In this document: positions 7,664 to 13,787 of the stretch, piece by piece
Position numbering within the stretch: the stretch's first letter is position 1
How the letters are laid out: every line of letters begins with the position of its first letter
Source of the DNA: a virus
Taxonomy: Duplodnaviria; Caudoviricetes
IMG/VR virus record: IMGVR_UViG_3300010223_000005
Coordinates: 1-44,004 of that record
Length of the DNA: 44,004 bases
Strand: one strand, 5' to 3'
The notes under the pieces: generated by a model
The model's database searches: none
The model's input: only the letters and a program-made list of their open reading frames with translations
What the model was told of the DNA's origin: nothing
Position numbers and translations under genes: made by a program

Positions 7664-7731
7664 AATATTTTCTCCTTAAAAATTAGTTTGTAAATTTCTT
7701 CCGTAGCCGGTTAAAACGCATCACGTTAGGC
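7537..7731 (+). repeat. attC-like site 7
   Basis: GTTTAAC-tacgtttt-C-aaccgg-A-ctac ... gtag-ccggtt-aaaacgcatcac-GTTAGGC. Confidence 0.9.
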
Positions 7732-8514
7732 AGAAAACCGGCTGCCAATATTATGGCAAAATATATCGCAACTTATGTCTGGTTCTTCCGCAAAATTGCC
7801 TTCGGTTTCTCCCATTTCATCAAGATACTTGTCGTGTAATTTATAGCCAAGCTCTCTTTCGAGTTTTGCCATTTTTTCAAATTGTTCTGGGTAATCTTTT
7901 CTTATTTTATTCCAGTAACCTTTCCCGCCTTTGACACATCCGATACAATTATTATGATTGTACCCTTGCTTATACATCTTTGGTATTTCAATTCCGGCTT
8001 TCCAAATTATTCCCAAGCAATTTTGCTTACTTACTTCGTGCCGTATTAATATCCAGTCGGTTTTTAAGTCTTTATTCCGCATTTCAAATTTCGCTGCCCG
8101 CACCCTTTCCTCTGTAGTATATCCAAAAATGTGCGTCATATTTGGCTTTTGATACTCTTCCCTAAGTTTACGCTTCAAAAGAGTTGTGCATTTAGCACCC
8201 ATCGGACTCATAATAAATTTTTCTTTTTCAAATACATCAAAGTGATTTTTATACTTTTCGTTTTTTAGTATCTTGATTTTTCTTCCAAACCATTTCTCAC
8301 AATCTTCAAGGAATCGCTTATTGTCCGGGTGCTCACCTCCAGTATCGCAGTAAACTATGTCAAGATTCTTATATTCTTCAATTGCTAATTTGCAAGCTAC
8401 AGCAGAGGCGGCGCCACAAGAGAACCATACTACCGCCGGTTTCTGCCTAACAAGCAATTCGTGTCCGACCGCTTCGGCGGTCTGAGTTGTTTTATCTTCT
8501 TTATTTTTAGTCAT
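7726..8514 (-). CDS. Cassette 8 PAPS-reductase-like (PP-loop, adenine nucleotide alpha hydrolase) protein
   Basis: WFSCGAASAV, DTGGEHPDN, CT..LK, NNCIGCVKGG and a C-terminal CDIFC. Confidence 0.82.
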   Translation of the reverse strand: MTKNKEDKTTQTAEAVGHELLVRQKPAVVWFSCGAASAVACKLAIEEYKNLDIVYCDTGGEHPDNKRFLEDCEKWFGRKIKILKNEKYKNHFDVFEKEKFIMSPMGAKCTTLLKRKLREEYQKPNMTHIFGYTTEERVRAAKFEMRNKDLKTDWILIRHEVSKQNCLGIIWKAGIEIPKMYKQGYNHNNCIGCVKGGKGYWNKIRKDYPEQFEKMAKLERELGYKLHDKYLDEMGETEGNFAEEPDISCDIFCHNIGSRFSA

Positions 8515-8567
8515 ATTTTACCATTTATTTGAATTATGGGCGGCGGCACAATTGCCACCCGTTAGGC
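8445..8567 (+). repeat. attC-like site 8
   Basis: GCCTAAC-aagcaatt-C-gtg-T-ccg-A-ccgc ... gcgg-cgg-cac-aattgccaccc-GTTAGGC; perfect R boxes and three extrahelical bases. Confidence 0.92.
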
Positions 8568-8954
8568 GGACAAATTTTCCGGTGTAAATGATGCTACCCA
8601 ACAAGGGTAATAATCGTCATAGTTGTCTGTCCCCACCTCAAATACTGTTTTTCCATTCGCTATGTTAATAAGTTCCAGTACATCATTTTTACCATAATTG
8701 TCATCTGGTTTCATTCTTGCCAATACCTTTACCGGCGAAAAAATGTTTTTGACTTGGGTGATTCCTTCTTTTATTTCTTTCATTGAAGATCGGTAGCCAT
8801 CGTCTGGGTCTTCAACGGCTGTATAAACTTTGCCATCCAAAACAAAGTTTACGCATTGGCAATCTTCAAAATTATCTCCCCAAGTTTTTACTTTGTCGTT
8901 TTCAAAATCGATTCCAGAAAACATTTTTTCGCCTACCAAATCTTTTAGTTCCAT
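8562..8954 (-). CDS. Cassette 9 hypothetical phage protein (130 aa)
   Basis: ORF track; AGGAG RBS; stop in the R' box. Confidence 0.8.
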   Translation of the reverse strand: MELKDLVGEKMFSGIDFENDKVKTWGDNFEDCQCVNFVLDGKVYTAVEDPDDGYRSSMKEIKEGITQVKNIFSPVKVLARMKPDDNYGKNDVLELINIANGKTVFEVGTDNYDDYYPCWVASFTPENLSA

Positions 8955-8975
8955 TTGTGTCTCCTAAAATTTGCC

Positions 8976-9015
8976 GCCTAACTCGCAATTCTACTCCGAA
9001 TTACTTATATCGGCG
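8976..9015 (+). repeat. Truncated attC (left arm only)
   Basis: GCCTAAC-tcgcaatt-C-tactccga; the R'' region pairs with the cassette start GTTAGGCGGACAAATTTT; no right arm before the next R''. Confidence 0.7.
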
Positions 9016-9024
9016 GCTAAATAT

Positions 9025-9287
9025 TTATAACTCGCAACTCAACGGGAATTGCGGGTGTTGTCGTTATTATTTAATTGTTTATGTAATTCCATCCATTTCT
9101 TTCTTTCTACTGCCTTACTTGCTTCTAACAAACACATTCCAAGTCCGTTGTTTCTTTCGTGTAAAAACTCAGCAATCATTTCATTGTTAATTTTTACAAT
9201 ATATTTAGCCTTCTTCCCTACTGTTTCGCCAGTGTTGATTATCGTTATCATAGTTCCGCAATCCCGTTATTTGCCACTCCGTTAAGC
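9025..9287 (+). repeat. attC-like site 10 (large loop containing a gene)
   Basis: TTATAAC-tcgcaact-C-aacggg-A-attgcgg ... ccgcaat-cccgtt-atttgccactcc-GTTAAGC. Confidence 0.85.
9039..9251 (-). CDS. Hypothetical protein nested in an attC loop (70 aa)
   Basis: ORF track; the TGA stop spans the extrahelical C position. Confidence 0.65.
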   Translation of the reverse strand: MITIINTGETVGKKAKYIVKINNEMIAEFLHERNNGLGMCLLEASKAVERKKWMELHKQLNNNDNTRNSR

Positions 9288-9740
9288 AGAATTTGCCAAC
9301 TTTTTGTAATGTTTAAGTATAATATCCATTTCGGTTTCTGTTGGTCGTCTGCAAGGTTGTCCGTCAAAGAGCAACCAAGCGTTTTCAGTCGCTCCCCTTC
9401 GTTTATACCAACTCAAATATAAATACGAAGGGAACTCGTCCTCGTTGTCATTTATATCAATATCTGCTATAAATATCATCATATAGTTTTGGTCGTCATA
9501 GTGCTTATAAGTAATTCCTTCTGGCGGTTCTTCATCATACCAATAATCAAACAATTCTCTAAATTCGTTCAGTGTTGCACAGTTCCAATTGCCCTCCCAA
9601 TCTTCCCTAAAACACTTCGGGTCGCTTCCGTCCCAAGTTTTGCCCCTATCGCTGCACCGTTGGCAAATCTGCATAACCAGCGGCTCAACATTGACCTCAC
9701 TTTCAGTTCGGTCAATTTCAGTTTTTGTATTCTCGTTCAT
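9282..9740 (-). CDS. Cassette 11 Cys-containing hypothetical protein (152 aa)
   Basis: ORF track; GGAG RBS in the loop; CxxC..C..C; stop in the R' box. Confidence 0.8.
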   Translation of the reverse strand: MNENTKTEIDRTESEVNVEPLVMQICQRCSDRGKTWDGSDPKCFREDWEGNWNCATLNEFRELFDYWYDEEPPEGITYKHYDDQNYMMIFIADIDINDNEDEFPSYLYLSWYKRRGATENAWLLFDGQPCRRPTETEMDIILKHYKKLANSA

Positions 9741-9806
9741 TTTATCTCCGTTAAAAAGTTGATTAAAATATTTCCGTTCGGCAAGTTAGCAGCCAATCTG
9801 TTAGCC
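9671..9806 (+). repeat. attC-like site 11
   Basis: GCATAAC-cagcggct-C-aac-A-ttg-A-cc ... gg-caa-gtt-agcagccaatct-GTTAGCC. Confidence 0.85.
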
Positions 9807-9818
9807 AGAACCTTCGCC

Positions 9819-10199
9819 TCACGGTTTTGGCAAGGGCATCCAGTGGGTATTCTCCCAATTATCACTCTCCCATCCTTCGCCCACGCAAATTGTTTGTGAA
9901 CTAAAACTAACTGGTGCTTCCCGTATATCATCCCAAATATCAATGGTAATCTGTTTCCCGTCAGTGGCTAATACCTCAACCCCTTTTCCGGGCAGTTTAT
10001 CAGCAAGGCTTATCCACTTGCCAAAAGTAGGTTCGGCTTCGGTCGGGCTAACCTGTTTTTCAAGCCGATTTACTAAGTCTCGTTGCATTTCTGGTAAATT
10101 AGAAGCGGGTATATAATCTTCGATCAAAGGATTTTCGCTTTCCTTAATATATTGTTTAATTATTTTGTAAATTTCTTGCGTTAAAATTTGCTTATCCAT
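9819..10199 (-). CDS. Cassette 12 protein with C-terminal DUF551-like domain
   Basis: WISLADKLP...VL...THWMPLPKP signature. Confidence 0.8.
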   Translation of the reverse strand: MDKQILTQEIYKIIKQYIKESENPLIEDYIPASNLPEMQRDLVNRLEKQVSPTEAEPTFGKWISLADKLPGKGVEVLATDGKQITIDIWDDIREAPVSFSSQTICVGEGWESDNWENTHWMPLPKP

Positions 10200-10249
10200 T
10201 TATTTCTCCTTTTTTTATCGTAAACGGCTTATTTGCCACGCCGTTATAA
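10046..10249 (+). repeat. attC-like site 12 (partly mismatched L box)
   Basis: GGCTAAC-ctgttttt-C-aagccg-A-tttac ... gtaaa-cggctt-atttgccacgcc-GTTATAA. Confidence 0.8.
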
Positions 10250-10453
10250 ATGTTTTTGGCTAATATTGTAAATCCAATATTTATTTTTAATTGGTGAGCG
10301 ATATTTTTCATCCAGTCCTGTTTGGTATTTCACTGTATGAATAGGTATTCCAAACCTTTCAGATATTTCTTTGTTTGTAATGTTTTCTGCTAATATTAAG
10401 CCATTAACATCCATCACCACAAATTTTAACTCTGGCCTGCCTCGTTTTTTCAT
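10244..10453 (-). CDS. Cassette 13 small HTH-like protein (69 aa, MKKRGRP...)
   Basis: AAGGAG RBS; TNKEISERFGIPIHTVKY; stop in the R' box. Confidence 0.7.
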   Translation of the reverse strand: MKKRGRPELKFVVMDVNGLILAENITNKEISERFGIPIHTVKYQTGLDEKYRSPIKNKYWIYNISQKHL

Positions 10454-10476
10454 ATTATCTCCTTCCGTTAAAAAAT

Positions 10477-10778
10477 TTACAACAAGCAAATCAAGGCGAG
10501 TCGCTTATTTTAATTCTCGCCGTTTTATTACCGCCACTTTTGGTATTGTTATTATTTCGCCAAACGGATAATGCGTATTATCAGTTGACCTATTTTGTGC
10601 AATACTAATTAATTCTTTAGTTTCTTTAACCAAATAACCAACCGTTTGACATTTCGCTACACCCTCTAATTCTTTAATTTCTTGTGTGCTTAGCCATCCG
10701 TGTTCTGATGCTGAATCTATCCAGTCAATTTTTAATATTTTCATTGTCGCTCCCGCCTTATTTGCAACGCCGTTATGC
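10477..10778 (+). repeat. attC-like site 13 (large loop containing a gene)
   Basis: TTACAAC-aagcaaat-C-aaggcg ... cgcctt-atttgcaacgcc-GTTATGC. Confidence 0.82.
10505..10744 (-). CDS. Hypothetical phage protein nested in an attC loop (79 aa, W.DS....GW...TVGYL type)
   Basis: ORF track; GGGAG RBS contributed by the right arm. Confidence 0.8.
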   Translation of the reverse strand: MKILKIDWIDSASEHGWLSTQEIKELEGVAKCQTVGYLVKETKELISIAQNRSTDNTHYPFGEIITIPKVAVIKRRELK

Positions 10779-10785
10779 CAAAAAA

Positions 10786-11021
10786 TTATAACTAAAAAAC
10801 CTACCCGACCTCGCTTGTCGTTTCGGTCTTGCCATAATACATTTCTTTTAATATTCTCAAAGAATCCTCTTTGCCATTACCTCTTAATTCATATTTGTGA
10901 TATTTCAACATTGTTATATATAGTGCTTCTTCCTCACTTATTCCATTTTCAATCAATTTGAATAAATATTCAATCATTCCATCTCCTTCCCGCTCGGCGG
11001 GAATTTTCATCGCCGTTATGT
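10786..11021 (+). repeat. attC-like site 14 (gene in loop; only 13 nt of cassette body)
   Basis: TTATAAC-taaaaaac-C-tacccg-A-cc ... gg-cggga-attttcatcgcc-GTTATGT. Confidence 0.7.
10801..10977 (-). CDS. Hypothetical protein nested in an attC loop (58 aa, MIEYLFKLIENG...)
   Basis: 3' part of ORF 10801-11145; AAGGAG RBS before ATG10977; the TAG stop includes the extrahelical C position. Confidence 0.65.
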   Translation of the reverse strand: MIEYLFKLIENGISEEEALYITMLKYHKYELRGNGKEDSLRILKEMYYGKTETTSEVG

Positions 11022-11036
11022 GGATAAAACGGCTAA

Positions 11037-11411
11037 TCATTTCGTTTTTGCAAATTCTACACTTTCTGAATAATAGCCGTTTGATTCGCCATACCATCTT
11101 ATCGTAACACTTCCTTTGTTTGTGGCTAATTCGTAAAAAGTCCAAGTGAAATGATCTTGAAATCTCTTTTCAATATCATCGGGATTTTCGTAGCTTGTTC
11201 TTTCTTCTGCAATTAAAATTTCTGAGCCGATTAAATCAGCAACATTGCCAATAACATCTTCAATACTTACTCTTTCACAACAATCTTGAGAATGATACAT
11301 AAAAAATTCGCTCCCATCGCTGCAAATAAAGGTTACTCCATCATTGCCCACTTCAAGTCCTTTTATTTTGGTTAATGTTTTACCTTTTAGTTGATTAAAT
11401 TCTGCTTGCAT
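11037..11411 (-). CDS. Cassette 15 conserved-looking phage hypothetical protein (124 aa)
   Basis: YHSQDCCE...WTFY...SNGYYSESV; AAGGAG RBS before MQAEF. Confidence 0.8.
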   Translation of the reverse strand: MQAEFNQLKGKTLTKIKGLEVGNDGVTFICSDGSEFFMYHSQDCCERVSIEDVIGNVADLIGSEILIAEERTSYENPDDIEKRFQDHFTWTFYELATNKGSVTIRWYGESNGYYSESVEFAKTK

Positions 11412-11424
11412 ATAAATCTCCTTT

Positions 11425-11451
11425 CGCCTTGTATTGCACAACTATATTTCC
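11425..11451 (+). repeat. Eroded attC remnant (R'' only) at the right array boundary
   Basis: GCCTTGTATTGCACAAC is roughly complementary to the cassette start GTTATGTGGATAAAACGGC; C at +9. Confidence 0.5.
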
Positions 11452-11636
11452 TCAGTACATTCAATTTTCCCTTTGACTTGGTAATGCCTTTTATCACATT
11501 CGAGTAAATGTTGGTACACTTTAACAACATCCAAATATCTTACCCTTTCTTTTTCAGACTTATAAGGTTTGTTTTGAAAATATTTTATCCTTTCTACACA
11601 TTTTTCTCTATTCATTAGCTCCTCTCTTTTTGTCAT
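11442..11636 (-). CDS. Hypothetical protein
   Basis: ORF track. Confidence 0.6.
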   Translation of the reverse strand: MTKREELMNREKCVERIKYFQNKPYKSEKERVRYLDVVKVYQHLLECDKRHYQVKGKIECTEEI

Positions 11637-11769
11637 ATTTTGGATTAAGAATTATTTTGTGTTCACCCTTCAAAAGTTTTGCGTGTTTTGTTAATTCGCT
11701 TGTGTCATTTGACCATGCTTTTTTCTTACCATCTTTGTCAACTAATATGTACTTTCGATTGAAATTCAT
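11608..11769 (-). CDS. Small hypothetical protein (53 aa, MNFNRKYILVDKDG...)
   Basis: Manual translation; GGAGGT RBS. Confidence 0.6.
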   Translation of the reverse strand: MNFNRKYILVDKDGKKKAWSNDTSELTKHAKLLKGEHKIILNPKYDKKRGANE

Positions 11770-11770
11770 T

Positions 11771-12220
11771 TTACCTCCCAATTATTGTCGAGTGGATTAC
11801 ATTACCAGTTGCTGAATTCGCATTTCGTTTTATTAACCCTGCCGGCTTATAACTTATGGATTCCTCTTTGTATTGATAGCCAAGTGTATCAAGCAGTATC
11901 TCTATTTTGCTTTTTAATAATTCTAAATCAATAGGGTTGTCGTGTGATGTAATAAATCCACCGCCAGCAATAAAACTCTCATATTCCTTGTCAAGTTTTG
12001 TTTGTTTTATAAGTGATTCAATTTTCCCAACTCTTTCCTCTATCCCCCCAACTCTTTGCCCCAAGGGAAGTATTACACCCAATACAAATCCCGCTAACAA
12101 GCCAATTAAGCCGACTAATGAAACCAGCTTAGTAATTCGTTTTCCTAACATTTTCATTCTCCTTGTGTTTATAACTTGCGCATCAAGCCGATTGCTTTCT
12201 TGTTCAGCCCAAGAGTCCAT
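11771..12220 (-). CDS. Membrane-anchored hypothetical protein (likely start 12157/12151)
   Basis: Hydrophobic LVSLVGLIGLLAGFVLGVILPL; AAGGAG RBS near 12160. Confidence 0.7.
   Translation of the reverse strand: MDSWAEQESNRLDAQVINTRRMKMLGKRITKLVSLVGLIGLLAGFVLGVILPLGQRVGGIEERVGKIESLIKQTKLDKEYESFIAGGGFITSHDNPIDLELLKSKIEILLDTLGYQYKEESISYKPAGLIKRNANSATGNVIHSTIIGR
12169..12195 (+). repeat. Orphan attC left arm outside the main array
   Basis: TTATAAC-ttgcgcat-C-aagccg-A-ttgc; encodes the same RLDxQV peptide as the other arms; no right arm seen. Confidence 0.7.
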
Positions 12221-12303
12221 TGCTCTTTCTAATTAATATTCTTAATTCAATTGTTGCTTTTTCTTGTAATATCTCTTCTTTGGTTTTCATAAAAATTCTT
12301 TTT

Positions 12304-12771
12304 TTATTTATTTTGTGCATGTCTTTGCTTAAAATATTTTTCAAATTCCTTTTCTACCCATCGAACTTTCCCATCTACTTTTACGCAAGATAAATATTTG
12401 TGTCCGATTTGGATAGATTCCTCGTAAGTGTACAGTTTAATTTTTTTGTCGAACTGAATAAAGTTAGCAATGTTAGGTAGTTTGTCCCAACCTTGATAAG
12501 TGTCAATAACGTGATTAACTGAATCCCTTAGCCTTTGGTCTGAGAATCCGTTTTCCTTAAAGCGATCTTTCAAAAGGTTAAATGTTGCAATAGGCATCTT
12601 TGGGAAAGCTTGCAGAATTTTAGCCGTCTCTTTCGCAAAGACCTCTTTTGTCAATTCACCTTGATAAATCGAAATCTCATTTGAGGTCTGGGTCGTTAAA
12701 AATTGATTCTGCGATTGCTGAAGCTCGGTTTCTAAATTCATCAGTTTCAAAGATTTGCTTAGATGCTCCAT
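12304..12771 (-). CDS. Hypothetical protein downstream of the initiator (helicase-loader position)
   Basis: ORF track; function from synteny only. Confidence 0.65.
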   Translation of the reverse strand: MEHLSKSLKLMNLETELQQSQNQFLTTQTSNEISIYQGELTKEVFAKETAKILQAFPKMPIATFNLLKDRFKENGFSDQRLRDSVNHVIDTYQGWDKLPNIANFIQFDKKIKLYTYEESIQIGHKYLSCVKVDGKVRWVEKEFEKYFKQRHAQNK

Positions 12772-13543
12772 TCTTTCTATCCTTTTCTTTTTTTGCTTCT
12801 AAGTAAAGTCTATCGTACTGTTTTCTGAGTTTCGAAGTGCTTAAAATATTAGAGCACCAAAAATCATTTCCTTGACTCCAGCGGATAGCACCCTCAATTT
12901 CTATATCGGTTCTTTTATCAATTCGTTTCATTAGATCAATATGTTTAGCCCATACTTGGAAATTAGGTTCTTTTACGTTTGGATTATTCTCTCTCATTAA
13001 ATCAAAAAGTAATTTCGATAGGCGCATTTCGGAACTTGTTCCGACATAATTATTCTTTATTTCTTTTTCTATATCTTCTTCTATATCTGTTGCGTTATCT
13101 TGCGTTACTGTAACGTTACTATTTATTTGTTTTTGAGCCGAATTTAACCTTTTGGCTTCCCGATACTTCTGTTGCCTGAGCCTATTTTGCTCTCTTATCC
13201 TATCCAAACCCTCAACATTTTGGTGTTTTTCCCAATTAGTGATACTAATAACGTTACTTATATCAATCTCTATCATCCCTAAATCAGAAAGTATTTTCAG
13301 TGCAAATTTTACAATTTGTAATGGGCGATGGAAAATGGTTGATAACATTTCGGTAGTATATGGGATATTTTCAGAAAGTAAAATATAACCGTTAGAATTT
13401 GTTTTCCCTGCTTGTATGAGCAACTTAATCCAAATGACTAAGATAGCGTCTGCTTCTGGCATAGCCTCGATGAGTTGTATTTTTTCATCATCGAACATTT
13501 GTGTTTTTAATTTTATCCAAGATATATCAGCCATATCACTCAC
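12677..13543 (-). CDS. Phage replisome organiser / replication initiator
   Basis: N-terminal WIKL..MFDDEKI.LIEAMPEADAILVIWIKLL; C-terminal FW..NILS..KLRKQYDRL. Confidence 0.88.
   Translation of the reverse strand: MSDMADISWIKLKTQMFDDEKIQLIEAMPEADAILVIWIKLLIQAGKTNSNGYILLSENIPYTTEMLSTIFHRPLQIVKFALKILSDLGMIEIDISNVISITNWEKHQNVEGLDRIREQNRLRQQKYREAKRLNSAQKQINSNVTVTQDNATDIEEDIEKEIKNNYVGTSSEMRLSKLLFDLMRENNPNVKEPNFQVWAKHIDLMKRIDKRTDIEIEGAIRWSQGNDFWCSNILSTSKLRKQYDRLYLEAKKEKDRKNGASKQIFETDEFRNRASAIAESIFNDPDLK
13064..13125. other. Candidate replication origin within the initiator gene
   Basis: CGTTA repeated with 10-bp spacing (13091-13120) beside TTCTATATCT repeats, in the linker of the initiator. Confidence 0.4.
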
Positions 13544-13715
13544 TCACTAATTTTACTTTCGTTGTTCTTCTGTTATTGCCTCTCCCTTTAAGGGGAATAT
13601 CAAGTTTTTTCAGATATGATACTAAGGTGGGGTTAGTTATACCAAGTTTTTTGCAAATTTCTTTGTTTGTCATTTCTCTATACATTCGTTCAAGTTTAGA
13701 CTTTTGGATTTCCAT
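13536..13715 (-). CDS. Small HTH DNA-binding protein
   Basis: MTNKEICKKLGITNPTLVSYLKK; GAGGT RBS. Confidence 0.75.
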   Translation of the reverse strand: MEIQKSKLERMYREMTNKEICKKLGITNPTLVSYLKKLDIPLKGRGNNRRTTKVKLVSE

Positions 13716-13742
13716 TGATACCTCATTGCTTTTTGTGTTAAA

Positions 13743-13773
13743 CAAATATAAAAAGAATAAAATTAAGAATCAA
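13743..13773 (-). promoter_or_regulatory. Putative promoter of the replication/cassette operon
   Basis: TTGATT-17 nt-TATATTTG (fits both -10 and TAnnTTTG). Confidence 0.6.
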
Positions 13774-13787
13774 CATCCAATAGGATT

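Larger units (their letters stand above)
4112..11442 (+). mobile_element. Integron-like gene cassette array without integrase (CALIN-type): about 15 cassettes, genes antisense to the attC top strand
   Basis: 13 complete imperfect palindromes NNNTAAC-8nt-C...12nt-GTTA between genes; each cassette body has mutually complementary ends. Confidence 0.88.

Noticed and set aside
4526-11021. Intergenic palindromes as simple terminators or REP/MITE elements
   Set aside because: They lack U tracts, overlap coding sequence, differ in sequence while keeping bulge positions, and pair across cassette ends; attC logic fits better.
12092-12115. Additional attC left arm CGCTAAC-aagccaat-T-aagccg-A
   Set aside because: T instead of the conserved bulged C, no right arm, and it lies in a TM-coding segment; may be chance or a very old relic.
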